From Lama glama (lineage: Eukaryota): DNA of 64,000 bases. Under the pieces are notes generated by a model. That model worked only from the letters and a program-made list of their open reading frames with translations, did no database searches and had not been told where the DNA came from. Positions within the stretch are counted from its first letter, which is position 1, and the number at the start of each line of letters is the position of its first letter. The position numbers and the translations under genes were made by a program. This document shows, piece after piece, positions 1 through 12,479 of this stretch. Location of the stretch: positions 31,436,001 through 31,500,000 of the forward strand of contig CM052816.1 of NCBI GenBank assembly GCA_028534125.1, read 5' to 3'.

Positions 1-1209
1 TTAAGAGCAGAGACTAGGTCATAAATGGTCTCGTCATTGGAATCTGTGAAGGCTTCCTTTAGGAAGTAATTTGAAGCTGAACTGTGAAGGGTGAGTTGTA
101 AATAGTTGGATAAGGGGGAAAAGGGAATAGCCTTTGCAGGGTCACTGTGGTAACGGTGACTGGGAATTTGAAGACCATAGACAGGTCCAATATAGTTGGA
201 AATAAAAAGACTGAAGAAGGGAGGTCAGCAGGGGCCAGACCGTGTAGTGCCCCACTGTCCGATTTAAGGACTTTAGTTTTTCCTGAGACTATGAGAAGCC
301 ATCAGGGTGTTGTAGGCAGTGCAGTGACAAGACCTAAATATTCTTGGTGGCTGTATGGATGAATATTAGCTATGCAGGTAGGGAAGATACTACAGAGAGT
401 TGCAGAATAGATACAGAAGACTGATTAGGAGGCCGTTGTATTGGTCCAGGCTGAGGCTAGGGTGGTAGCAGTGGGGAAGGAGAAAAGTGAAAGGATGGGA
501 GGTATGTAATCTGTACCATCAACAGGACTTGGTGTAGTGAATGAGGGAGAGGAGGCCAAGGATGACCCTTAGGTGGCTTAACTTCATGGGTTAGGACCAG
601 GAGACAGAAAAGGTGATAGCAGGAATTAAGTGTCAGTGAAATTTTTATTTATTTGAATTTAACAATTCTTAACTTCTTATATGTGCAGATGCTGGGCGTG
701 GTGCTGAGAGTACTATCCTACTACTGTTGAGGGCTAAAAAATTAGCATCTATTATGTGGCAGACAGTATACCAAGCATTTCGAGTGTTATTAAGTAACAG
801 GACAACTCAGGACAACTCAACGTGAGATGGGTATAGTTTTTATTCCTTTTTTAACTGATGAAGAAACTGAGGCTTCAATAAGTTAAGACCCAAGTCACAA
901 AACTTAGCAGGAAGCAAAATCAGTATGCAGTTCCAGGTTCTTAATTACTTTGTTATACTACCACCTAAAGACAAATGTGGCAGAACTTGACCTCAGGGGG
1001 CTTACATGGACACACAGTCATGTAATGTGATGTTCAATGCAATAATAAAAGTACTCAGTAGATATAGCGCTGACTGAAGATGGAGGATCATCAGGGGGAA
1101 TTTAATTTAGCTGAGGGGCTGGTGTGTGAGCTGAGTCTAGAAGGATAAATAGGAGTTACTCTTCAAAGTGGTAGAGGGGGAGGAACTTCCTTGGCAGATG
1201 TGTTATGTT

Positions 1210-1734
1210 TGTGAGACTTTATTCCAGTAGGCCTGAAAAGTAGCCTGAGTTGGCACTGAAATACACTGAGTAATAGTGTTGCTTTGTAGCTGTGGGTCTG
1301 AGGGCTTTAGGGGTAGTTTGTACCAGTTTTTCAGCATCGTTCATTGATAACGGAGATTGATCATTTGTACCTGTTCTCAGTGAGAACCCCGAGAGACTCT
1401 CCCATCGAGACTGGTTACACAGTAGAAATATGCTTATGTGACCAGCGAAATAGGAAAAACCCAGCCAAGACACTATTTTGGGCTTCCTGGTTCCAAGGTA
1501 TTCCTTGCACGCTTGGGTAGTTCCTGATCTGAGAGGGTGTATTTCTGGCCACATCCCTCACAGAGGGAGGACAAAGGAGACCACACCTGACGTCTCCTGA
1601 CTTCCTGCTGTGAGACAGCTTTTGGCTATGATGTTTTATATTGTATTGTCTTCCTATAATAAACTATAGATTTGTAACTTGTTGTTTTGAGTCTTGTGTT
1701 TCTTTAGCAAACAAACCCTGTGTAACTTGTCACA
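1210..1734 (+). mobile_element. Solo LTR, MER21/MER77-like, inserted in L2-like sequence
   Basis: TGTGA...TCACA termini, AATAAA at 1658, recalled similarity to the family; no clean TSD. Confidence 0.6.
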
Positions 1735-1959
1735 GTTAGTTCGGATGTAGGGCAGAGACTTACTCAGAGAATTTCTGGCATTCTGGTATCTTGGGAACAT
1801 AGAGTGAGAACGGATGTAAAAGAGGTGCTGAGGCTACCTTGAGAAGGTTGATAACAGGTCCGGATTTTTCTGGAGGCCACAGGAATTATCAAAAGGTTTT
1901 AAATGAAGGTTCAGTGGGGGATGGGGAAGGATGGGAAGTTGCCTCCTCAGTAGACATGT

Positions 1960-2078
1960 AGGGAGGGAGGTGCTGCTGTCAGCAGGTGGCTGCTAAATGT
2001 GCCACAAGGCACAGGACAGCACAGCCCCTACACCAAATTATCCAGCCCCTAATTATCGAACTGAGTTTAAAACCCTGG
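1960..2078 (+). mobile_element. MER20-like hAT DNA transposon fragment
   Basis: gctgctaaatgtgccacaaggcacaggacagc...attatccagccc...aaaccctg resembles the recalled MER20 3' half. Confidence 0.65.
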
Positions 2079-3947
2079 ATTAGTGGGAGGAGAGACTGGG
2101 TGATGGGAAGACCTTTTAGGGAGTTGTGGCAGTAGTCCTGTCTGGACTGTGGGTTGGGAATGGAAGAGGTGGGGTGAATCTGAGAGAGGCAGTAATATCA
2201 AGTGATACCTGTGACTAGTGGACAGGTAGGAACACATAATTTGAGATGATCCTCAGTTTTTCTCTTACAGGACTGGACAGGTTGTAAGGGGTTGCCTTTA
2301 TCTGATTACTTATTTTAAAGTTTTATAGAAGAAAAGTGGCGTGGTGATCAGTCCTGGTCCTTTTTAGTTTGTATGTACATTTTGATTATTTAGAGTACAG
2401 TGGTGAAGTATGAATAATTGGGTATATAAAATGAAGTCATTATTTCACCTAGAGGAGAGGTTGTTGACTTTTGGTGGGGAGGGGTAAATGCCCAATTGCT
2501 AAGACACCGTTTTTATGTCAAACGTTTTATCTGTATATTAACATTTGGCTATTTTACAGTTCCCTAAGTGCATAGTTACACTTCATTTAGTTGTCAAAAT
2601 GATCTTGTAACATAGTTCAGTTACTCTTCAGTGACAGAAGGACACGTAAGTAGCTAATCTAATTTGAAGTCCAAAGTTTGATCTCTCTGTTCTACAAGTC
2701 TAGAATGTCAATATTACGCTAACCCAGAGGATTCAAGCTTGAAAACAGAAGCTTGAAAATGCATCTCATGGTGGTTGGAACCCTCAAATCCAATGTCTCT
2801 TTCTCATTAAACTTTCTCAGGTTGATACATGCCACCTATGTTTCTTCTGTCTCCTCTCCCTCTTTCTTCCCAGTTTTTCTTACATAAGGAGTCCTTTCTC
2901 CTCTTTAATCCTTTTCCCCTCTCCTTTCTTACGCCTGTCCAGTTACCTCAGGAAAAAAACCTCTCCCTCCTCTGTTTATTTGTATAAGCCAAATGGCCCA
3001 AATTGTAACAGATTAAGCATAAACCCTTGAAAATAGCTCCAGAATCCTCTTCAGAAGTTTTCACCTACTCCTGGCTTTCCTTTCATATGCTTGCCCTTAA
3101 ATACTGGCTTTCAAATGAGCAGATTTGTTTGTTTTTGTGCTATTCTGCTTTGGTTTTGATTTAATCACAAGTGTTTAAACAATATAGCTTAATTGTTTGG
3201 AAACAAGTTTGTAAATGATGATACATTCTTAGAATAGCCCACATGTCTATTCTGTTCATAATGTAACTCAAAACAAAGTATGTATCAAATTCCATATAAG
3301 TGACCTATAAAAGAACTTAAGAACACAGCCTAGTTGTAATTGGGCAGTAAAATGAGTTTAAGCTCTATAATACAAGTATGCATGGGATGTTAGGCTAACG
3401 ACTGACCTACTTTACTGCTTCACTGTACTATCTGTGTGTGCTTGGATGATGGTAATAGGAAACTAGGTGAGAAAGTTTGGGGATGGAAAATATGTGGTAG
3501 TAAGCTTAAGAGTCAAAGTTGACTATGGCATTGAGCTTCTGCCTCTGCCTCTTACTAGATGAGTAAATCTTGGGTGGATTACTTATCTTTCCTAAATTTC
3601 TCAGTTTGTCAAAAAGAGGGGAAAAAAAACTCTCTTATAGGATTGTTGGGAGAATTAAGTGATATAAGAGACCTGCATTAACTAGAACAGTTGTCTGACT
3701 AGTTGGTCAGAACCCTCTTTCCCGTCAGGAGGGAATTTGTTCAGTTTATGTAAAGCTTTAGTTGAACTGAAATTTGCCTCTCAAGTTCCATCCACTGGTA
3801 GAAATCCAAAAATGTAAAATTGCCTGTGATGGTAAAAAAACAAAAAACGACAACAAAAATCTTAACAGCCATTTTAGCATGAAACCGGGTTAATTTCTCA
3901 AACTTGTTAGTTACAGTGATCTTTCCATTTTTTTTTCTCTTTTGTAG

Positions 3948-4193
3948 GTGATTACTGGTGGTCACTATGATGTAGATTGTCGAGTAGAAGATCCTGATGG
4001 TAATGTGTTATACAAAGAGATGAAGAAACAGTATGATAGTTTTACCTTCACAGCCTCCAAAAATGGGACATACAAATTTTGCTTCAGCAATGAATTTTCT
4101 ACTTTCACACATAAAACCGTGTATTTTGATCTTCAAGTTGGAGAAGACCCACCTTTGTTTCCTAGTGAGAACCGAGTCAGTGCTCTTACCCAG
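3948..4193 (+). CDS. TMED7: TMED7 (p24 family, GOLD domain) coding exon 2, phase 0/0, 82 codons
   Basis: Polypyrimidine tract and tttgtag acceptor ending 3947; CAG|gtaata donor after 4193; translation [18 protein letters not shown]...[24 protein letters not shown]...SALTQ matches recalled TMED7 GOLD domain, including an NGT sequon. Confidence 0.97.
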
Positions 4194-5439
4194 GTAATAA
4201 CAAGTCAGCAATATAATGTTTATATGTCCAAAGGGGGAAAAAAAGCATAATTTAACATGCATTAACCACTGATGAATCATGGAATTTTAACATAATCTCT
4301 AAGACCTGTCTTAACTCTTATAGTAGATAGGCATTTCACAGAGAACTTCAGGCTTTTTTGAACAGGACCTTTGTTAAGGAATTTTTGAACTTTTAAATAT
4401 GAAGAAAATAAACATCAAAACATCAGTACCAAAGGAAATTTAAAAGGCTAGACAGTACTCCAGCATTTTGAAGCATTTTCTATAATTCATGGAGGAACAT
4501 TGCTATCATAAATTAGCAAAATGATGCCTTAATGAATATATTTACTTTTATACCAGTATTTAGTGTTACTCATACTGCTATTACAATAACTTTTGTGTAA
4601 CTGAAGGTAAAATATTCAAGAGTTATAGTAAGTCAAGTAACAAAGATAGTTAAGGAAGCTAAATTGGGTTTTATTTTGAAGAAGAGCTTAATGAGGGAAA
4701 GAGCTAAAGAAATTTAAAGTCATTGAACAAATACTGCTCAGGTGTTAAGAAGGGCTGTTTTCTAGTTCAAATACAGTGTGAGCTTAAGAGTATATCTAAA
4801 AGATAATTCACTATCCAAAGGAATTATTTACCACCAACTGTTAAAACCTTAAATTGACACATATTGTTCCCAGGTTCCAGTTAGTCTCTTGGCCAAAGTC
4901 ATAGAGGCTGATAGAGGCATTTTGGCTGATAAAGGCATTTTGGTGATAGAGGCATTTTTAAGAATGTGTAACATTTACATTTTTTTACACATTTTTAAGA
5001 ATGTGTAAGAGCCTTAATTCATAAACCTATTGTAAGCATTAAGATGTATTCAAATGCTCTTAGTTTTAGACACGTTCTCTTTACTGTAGCATCCTGTGTG
5101 AATGGCACTGTGCTTTGTAAAAAGATTTTTCTTTGAGGCCATTGTTTATAAATTATTACTTAACCTTCATACATTTTAATTTGTGTAATGAGATAGCTTG
5201 CTTTAAAAACCTAAGTAGATAAATGTAAGAAATGAGTGGTAGCAAAGCATTTAGGACCACTTAGCCTCCTATATTTGTATCACATTTTTAATCTTTTCTT
5301 AGTTCTGTTTTTCTAGTTTCAAAAAGCTAGTAAATCTCTCTTACAATAGGGATACTTATAAAGCAGCTGTTCATACTTCAGAACTGAAATAATTACCAGC
5401 TAGTACATGTAGAATAAATGATAGAGTTTCATTAAATCA

Positions 5440-6240
5440 CCATTTTGGGACCATTAATCAATAAAATGATGAATCTAGAGTAGGCAGTGATCACCAGTCA
5501 CTGCAAAATCATTAGGTGAAAGGCTGATGGGGAACTTTGTAACAGATGAATCTGAAATCACCTAACTCTAATAATCATTCACAAATGGAGACATAACTAG
5601 ATATTATATGTCTTCTGATAATATGCAATAAGAACATAACATTGTCTGTAAGGTGTTCCCACCCAGACACTATGCCTGAATCTTATCAAGTCTCTGGCTC
5701 CAACCATTAGTTTATAAGAAATACAGAGGATAAAAGGTGCAGCATGGGAATAAAAATTAGCAAAATCTAGAAAGTGGGAAGTGCTGTAGGATAGAGGATT
5801 CAGTTTCTTCAACAAATAAATGGGAAGGAGAAAAAGAAGGAAGAGAACCTTAAGATTAAAGAAGACTTTAAAAGCATACCAGCTAAATGATTGTGACCTT
5901 GTTTGGATTCTGATTTGGAAACAACTTTTGAGACATTTGGGGGAAATTTGAACACTAACTGTATATTTGATAACTTTTAAGGAACTATTAATTACTTTGT
6001 GTTACAATACTATTAGAGGTATATTTTTTAAAGTGTTACATTTCAGAAATGTACAAAAGTATAACTGAAATGAGAAAATATGAGCTTTGCTTTAAAGTAA
6101 TTGGAGTGGGGAGGAAGTTAGATGAGTACAGACGAAACAAGATAGCTATGTTTAATAATTATTACATGGCAATTCATTGTATTGTTCTCTATACCTTTGA
6201 ATATGTATGAAATTTCTACTTTAGAAGTAGAATTTTTTAA
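5440..6240 (+). mobile_element. Old L1 (L1MC/ME-type) 3' region in TMED7 intron 2
   Basis: Typical old L1 3'UTR motifs (tttggattctgatttg, ggggaaatttgaacac, ttgaatatgtatgaaatttc). Confidence 0.6.
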
Positions 6241-7584
6241 AAAAGGATAACAACACCTTCTCAAAAATTGTATGAATCCATGGAAGTAGTTTTTTAATTT
6301 CTGTGATTCAGCAGTACATTGTAACCCATGCCCTGTTGTCAGGCTTCAGGAATTCCTTAAATGTCCTGAATTTGTATCAAATCCTTGTTTTTATGCATAC
6401 ATTTCAGGGGAACAATTCTTAGACCACATCCCATTTTGAAAATATATAGAATGCACAGAAATGCTAGAAGCATCTCTCTACCTCTTATTAAAACATAGAC
6501 ACCATTCATTTTAGCACAGTTTTGCCAGTTTTTCATTCCTAGGGGCCAAACAAAACAAGAAGCAAAAGTGTTTGCGTATTCTAATAGGTAAATTCAATTT
6601 GTAGACCTTATAATTGCTCATGCTTTTTAAAAGCACTTTAAAGAAATATTTTTATAACTACTCCTTTCACACTTATTTTGGTAGAACTTTATTAAGTGCT
6701 TAAATTATTTTCTGATGTCTGTATTCCTTAATTAAAATTACAACAAACTCATAAAAAATTTTTAATATGTGCTTTGTGATGTAAAATAAGTATAATATAA
6801 TACAGCATGTGTTTCATCACCAGGATTAGGTTTTTAGCAGCAGAAGGGTATTAAACTCTGGTCTACAACAAAAAATTACACTCTTAACCCTTCTCAAAGC
6901 AGATAGTGTAATGTATAAAAAGATCAGGTGTCATTTGATGAAGGCTCACAAACACATTACACAGTGAAAATGAAACTTACGTCCCATAGAGAACTTATAT
7001 ATTGGTGTAGTTGACAGACATGAGGGAGAAGTGGTAAATGTGAAAAAAAAAAGTCCTACTCTGTCCTATCACTTTAATATTCAACTGTTTTTAAAACAGT
7101 TGTAATTTTGACTGACTCGATTTTTTTATGCCATATTTGGTTAATTTTTGTATATTTGGACTTTGATTCATATTCTTGGTATTGGTCAAATTTACTGACC
7201 TGCTGTGCTCTTCCTCCTAATTCTTCCTCTTTGAGAAACCTGGCCTTGAAATTCTGTAGCTGCCAACCATAACTGGTTAGTTTCTCTTCTGCTGTTAGCT
7301 CTATGTTCCATTTACCAGCTTTCAGGTGCCACAGCTGAGATATTCCAGTTTGGAGCAAGCAGCTGCTTCGTGGGATGTCCAGCCTTCCCAGTTGTCCTAG
7401 TGGGAATGAGTAGAAGGGCTGCTTTGCCAGGACCACTGACATTAATGGGTGAATGAATGAATGCCATTTTAATAGAGAACATTAGTCAGATGAGGAATTG
7501 AGATCAGATTGAAAGAAAAGATGAATGTGCTGGATGGATTGGACAGAAAGTATTAACATACTAACCGAAAATATTTCCTTTCAG

Positions 7585-7821
7585 ATGGAGTCTGCCTGTG
7601 TTTCAATTCACGAAGCTCTGAAATCTGTCATCGACTATCAGACTCATTTCCGTTTGAGAGAAGCTCAAGGCCGAAGCCGAGCGGAGGATCTAAATACAAG
7701 AGTGGCCTATTGGTCAGTAGGAGAAGCCATCATTCTTCTGGTGGTTAGCATAGGGCAGGTATTTCTTCTGAAAAGCTTTTTCTCAGATAAAAGAACCACA
7801 ACAACTCGTGTTGGATCATAA
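7585..7821 (+). CDS. TMED7: TMED7 last coding exon (coiled coil, TM helix, cytosolic FF-containing tail)
   Basis: tttcctttcag acceptor ending 7584; [78 protein letters not shown] then TAA; in phase with exon 2. Confidence 0.97.
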   Translation: MESACVSIHEALKSVIDYQTHFRLREAQGRSRAEDLNTRVAYWSVGEAIILLVVSIGQVFLLKSFFSDKRTTTTRVGS

Positions 7822-10615
7822 CTACGTTTTGAGAATTGATGCACCATTGCCGCTGTAATATTGCTGTCCTCTAATTAATTTTAGGTACCGAAGGACTTAA
7901 TATTGGCAACATTTTTAAAACCTTACTCATACACTTGTTGGGGTGGATGTACAATGCATATCCCCAAGCTGTGGAAAGGACACCTTTTTTATTTGTAAAG
8001 GTAGAAACACTTTGGAACTTACTTTGGGCTCTTCATAAATATTCAACCTAATGATCTACTCTTTCCTTGGTTGTTTATATCTACTCTTCGCACACTAAAC
8101 TTTGGTATTTTGATTCCTTTTAGCCATTTAAAAGTACTTTTCTTGTAGGTAGTGGATATTTTAAAAACCTTTGATTTAATGTCTACCTGTGTTGTGGAGG
8201 AAGAAAATTGCCTTTTAGTTGTTTATAGCAAATAAAGTTTTGTTGTTAAGAAAACGAATTATGATTAACTGTAGCCCAAGCCCTATTCTGCACTGTTTAA
8301 TTTTGTGGGGAAAAAAATTGCCATAGAAATGTTAGTTAATATTGATATAATTTTAAATTGATCCATCATGGTTTAATTTATTTCTTTTGCTTAGAAAGTG
8401 TCATTTTTGTTGTTTGGGTTTATTCTATGATCTATAACCAGATATGTTACTTTTTTCATAAAGATACTCTTACCACATAGAATGTAGTATGTTTCAGTAA
8501 CATAATAGAGCTTATATAGGCCTTAAAAATCAGACTGTTGTAACAGGTAAAAATAAACGGAGAATAATTTAAGACACTAAGTGGGGGACAAGTGAAATGA
8601 GAAAACTTTTACTGAGTTATTGGCACATAACACATTTTTAGTGCTTTTACAAAAAAAAAGGTGATCTGTTTCGTTTTAAACATTTGGATTGGCTAGTTCT
8701 TGCTCTTATGTGGCTTTACCATCTTTGAGTTTTTCACATCTTAAATTGACAGTTGTAATATAGTACTGTAAAAGTGCCATACATTTTATCCTGATGGGTG
8801 TGATGCACTGAGAAGTTAGTTTCTTTGGTTTCTTCTTTTTTTATTTTTTCTTTTTTTGTTTTTTTTTTTGTCTTGCACATGTAATTTGTACAATCTCTGG
8901 TTAGCAGACCTAAGGTGATTTAAAGAATTAGAGTGTTGTGTGTGTGTTTCTTATTTGATAATCTTCATTGATTGTACTGCATTTAGTGAGTATTAAATAG
9001 TGCATTTTCTGTACACCGTAGGGTTTAGACTATATTTGTATTCTATAACTTGTATAGATTGAGCTGATTGAAGTAAGATTTTATTCTAGAATAGAATTCC
9101 ATATATTCTAGAATAGAATACAAGATGATACAAAATTATATGTGTTTAAAGCTTTTATGCTGTTAAAAAAAAAATGCAACGCTTTTTGCCATGCTTCTCT
9201 CCCCCACCTAAAAGTGATGAGTGCTGGGCAAGACTCATGTTGTTAGGACTTTGATATGTGGTACCATGGAATACTGATTGGATAGCAGTTCTAGTTGCTT
9301 AGCATCACTGACTAGAAGTTAGCTCTTACTTCCAAGCTATCTTAAAATGCATATATAAGAGCAAAATGAATTCAGGTAGTCCTGCTTACTAATTTCAGGT
9401 GCTACAGCGTAGCAAGGGATGAACATATTTTCAACCCTTTAATTCTAAAGTTTTTGAAGACCAAATAGCTACTCCTTCAAAAATATTTGTCACTGGATTA
9501 AGAACTGAAGTTTAAGATTTTGCAGATTTATCTATTGGGGTTCTTGTATAGGAGTTGTCCTGCAGTTTTGTAAGTGTCCCTCTGTGTTTAGATTTGCAAA
9601 TCTTAAACGCTAATGTTAGAGTGATTGATAAGCCTGGGTGTATGTTAAATGTCCTTTACTGGTTGCCTTTATGCTCTGTTGTGTTCAGATAGTTACACCG
9701 TAATTAAGTGAAGTCAGGTATCATCAGTGTGCCGAGTTTGGCATAGATAATGCAGTTATTTAATCTGTGCCTATCAAAACTTCATGATGTTAGACTATTA
9801 CCACAAATAAGTTGTGGTGAAACTATTGAGATGTATTAAAAGTTTTGAAATCACCACTGTTACCTGTTATAGAAAATAATACCGGCTTAGTTTAGTCTGT
9901 TTGTAGCTGGTTAAAGTTTGATGGCTGTCTATACTAAACTAGATATGTATATAAAAGTTAGAAAATACATATCTATCCAGACATGAATATTAAGTAAGAA
10001 CTTTATTTTCTTCCTTCTACCATATAGTTTGTAGCTCATCTCTTTTCTTTAAGCCTTTCATAACTTGTTGCAACAGTTTGAAATTTCCCAAGTATTTATG
10101 TTTGGACGTATGGCTCAGAATACATATTTAAACATCATTAACTGTATATATTTTTAAAGTAGAACAGATAATGGAAAGGGACTTGATATACAAGTTTGTA
10201 CTAAAATTTCAACTGTGTGAAGATACATTTTAAGATATTACTTTGCTAATAATCTAAACATTCTTTTTTTATTAAACAAATAGTTTGGGGTTCACAACTT
10301 TCATCCTGGCTTGATGATAATCAACTTTGAAAACAGTGAACTGAAAAGCAGTTTTATTCTTTGAAAGATTTCATTTAAATCTCTGTACTATCCACTTTTG
10401 CTTCAGTTTGTAAATGTGTAACGTTTATGGTTAAATATGACATAGCAGACCCTATGACTATTGTTTTCAGAAATTAAACAAATTGGTATATAAATAATTC
10501 AAAGGGGCTTTTCATTTACTTTTGAAAAGAAAAAGAAATTTCTCTAAACATGTTGGTTCTGCAGGATTGCACCAATCAATTCTTGTAGAATAAAAAAATC
10601 TTTCAACGAACTGAC
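7822..10615 (+). other. TMED7: TMED7 3'UTR (end approximate)
   Basis: AT-rich stretch with no recognisable interspersed repeats after the stop; candidate poly(A) signals AATAAA 8231, 8552, 10589 and ATTAAA 10271, 10473; repeats resume near 11000. Confidence 0.6.
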
Positions 10616-11004
10616 CTCACTTGTTTCTGTCAGGATTTAAATTTTTTTAAAGCTCCTTATCGACTTGCAGCTGGGAGTACAGTTTTGTAGCAAAAGAGTG
10701 ATAATTTATTTGATATTTCGTTGAAACATCTTAGGGACTGACCAAGAAAGTTAAAGAACAGAAGTAACAACCTCTAAACCACCTCACTTCTAACCTTCTT
10801 TTTGGATTTCATACTGAAAGTTTGGGTGAATGTGAGTTAAGCCTTCAGTTCCCTAAAAAGCTCTGAATTTTTAGGTAAATGAACCTTAGATTGTATAATG
10901 CCAAGTTTTCTCAGTTTTTCCCCCTTTATAAGATGTTATTCGGGGCATTCTGGTTCCTATACACAACCCTACAAAAGCAGCAAAGAAATAACAGTAATAT
11001 AGGT

Positions 11005-11360
11005 TAACATTTATTGAATGCTTTCCTCGTGCTAGGTGCTGTGCCTAGTATTTTATTTGTATTGTCACGTTTCAGCTTTGCAGTAATCCTATGAACTAAG
11101 GATATATATTCTTAAGATCTTTATTGTGGTTATGGTTCCTGTGCAGTAAACTACACATATTTTAGATCTACAGTTTGATGAGTTTTGATAGATGTATATG
11201 AACTAAGGATATTATTCCCATCTTACAGATGAGAAAACGGAGGTGTAGAGAGGTTGTTAAGAATCCTGCCTATATCACAATTAGTAATTAGCAAAGTGTG
11301 AACATGAACCATGCCAGTCTGGCTCCAGATCCCTCTTTCTCAACCACTATGCAATACTAC
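11005..11360. mobile_element. MIR interrupted by a 91-bp L1 3'-end fragment with a 16-bp TSD
   Basis: MIR core cccatcttacagatgagaaaacggaggt; TATGAACTAAGGATAT at 11090-11105 and 11197-11212 flanks a minus-strand L1 terminus. Confidence 0.8.
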
Positions 11361-12479
11361 CTTACAAACATTAATTAAGGATAGGTCTCTGAAGGGTTAG
11401 CAATCTTGATTTCAGTATAGCTCAATAGCTGTTCAGTGTTTGGTTTTGGAATCAGCCAAGTTCAGATCATGGTAGTGTGACCTCCCACAAATGATTTTAT
11501 TAACTCTGTACATTTCTGCTTCACTTATTACTAAGGTAATACCTACTATAATGAGAATATAATGAGATGTTTATAAACACTTAGGGTTAGTGCCTATCAT
11601 ATATAAGCCCTTAATAAATAATAGCTATATTTTTTATCATCAGCCCAGTTTTAGTCTCTTGATCTTTCTTTAGTTCCTCAAGTTCTTACTGTAGCCTCTA
11701 TATGGCTCTTAAATGATATGTAGCACGAATATGAAAGTCTATCATGTACATAATAGCCTGCCAGAAGTTTCAAAAATTAATAAGATAATCTGACCTCCAG
11801 GAACATAGTAGTTGTAGGATGGCTATAAATGCAACTAATGTTAAGTAAGTAATGAAGCAGAATGGACTTGAAGTTTCCAAGACCGAGTTCTAGAGGAGGA
11901 AAGACGTATGTAGATCAAAAGACTTACCCGTCAAGGAGTTTTCTTTGTCATCTCCTGGGTGGGGAGGGGTGCATTTTGTCTAGTTAGGCCAGCGGTTGAG
12001 TGGATTAATCTGATTCAGGGATGTGGACGTGAATTTTTTGTTACAGATCAAAAACCATTCTTTAACTGTTACTAGTAAAGGTGCTGTTTGATCTGCTGAA
12101 TAACTTCTCTATCTCAGTTGCTTCCAAATTGTGGAGGAAAATATGGGGATGTTATCCACCAAGTATGCTGTTTTTCAGTCTGCTTTCTCCATTTTATCCA
12201 CAAGGTAGCATCATTAGGAATGATTACAATCCTTGCTGAAGTCAACATTTATTAGAAGTAACACTGGTCTGGCTTAATTTGTTTTTAGTGCTGGTGATTA
12301 CTAGTGACTACCACTACCTTAAAAAGAAAAGGCAACACGAGAATTTGAGAAGTAATGGTTCAAAGAGTAAAATCTACCCGTAAGCCACTATCCATTTTGA
12401 TGTATTTCAGGTATTTTTTTATAGATAGAGATGTATATTTTTAAAGAATTGGTATTGTCTATAACAAATTTTTAAACTT

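Noticed and set aside
3948..4250. ORF-track entries 3948-4250 and 7525-7821 as standalone genes
   Set aside because: They are TMED7 exons running into intron; true limits are set by the splice sites at 4193 and 7585
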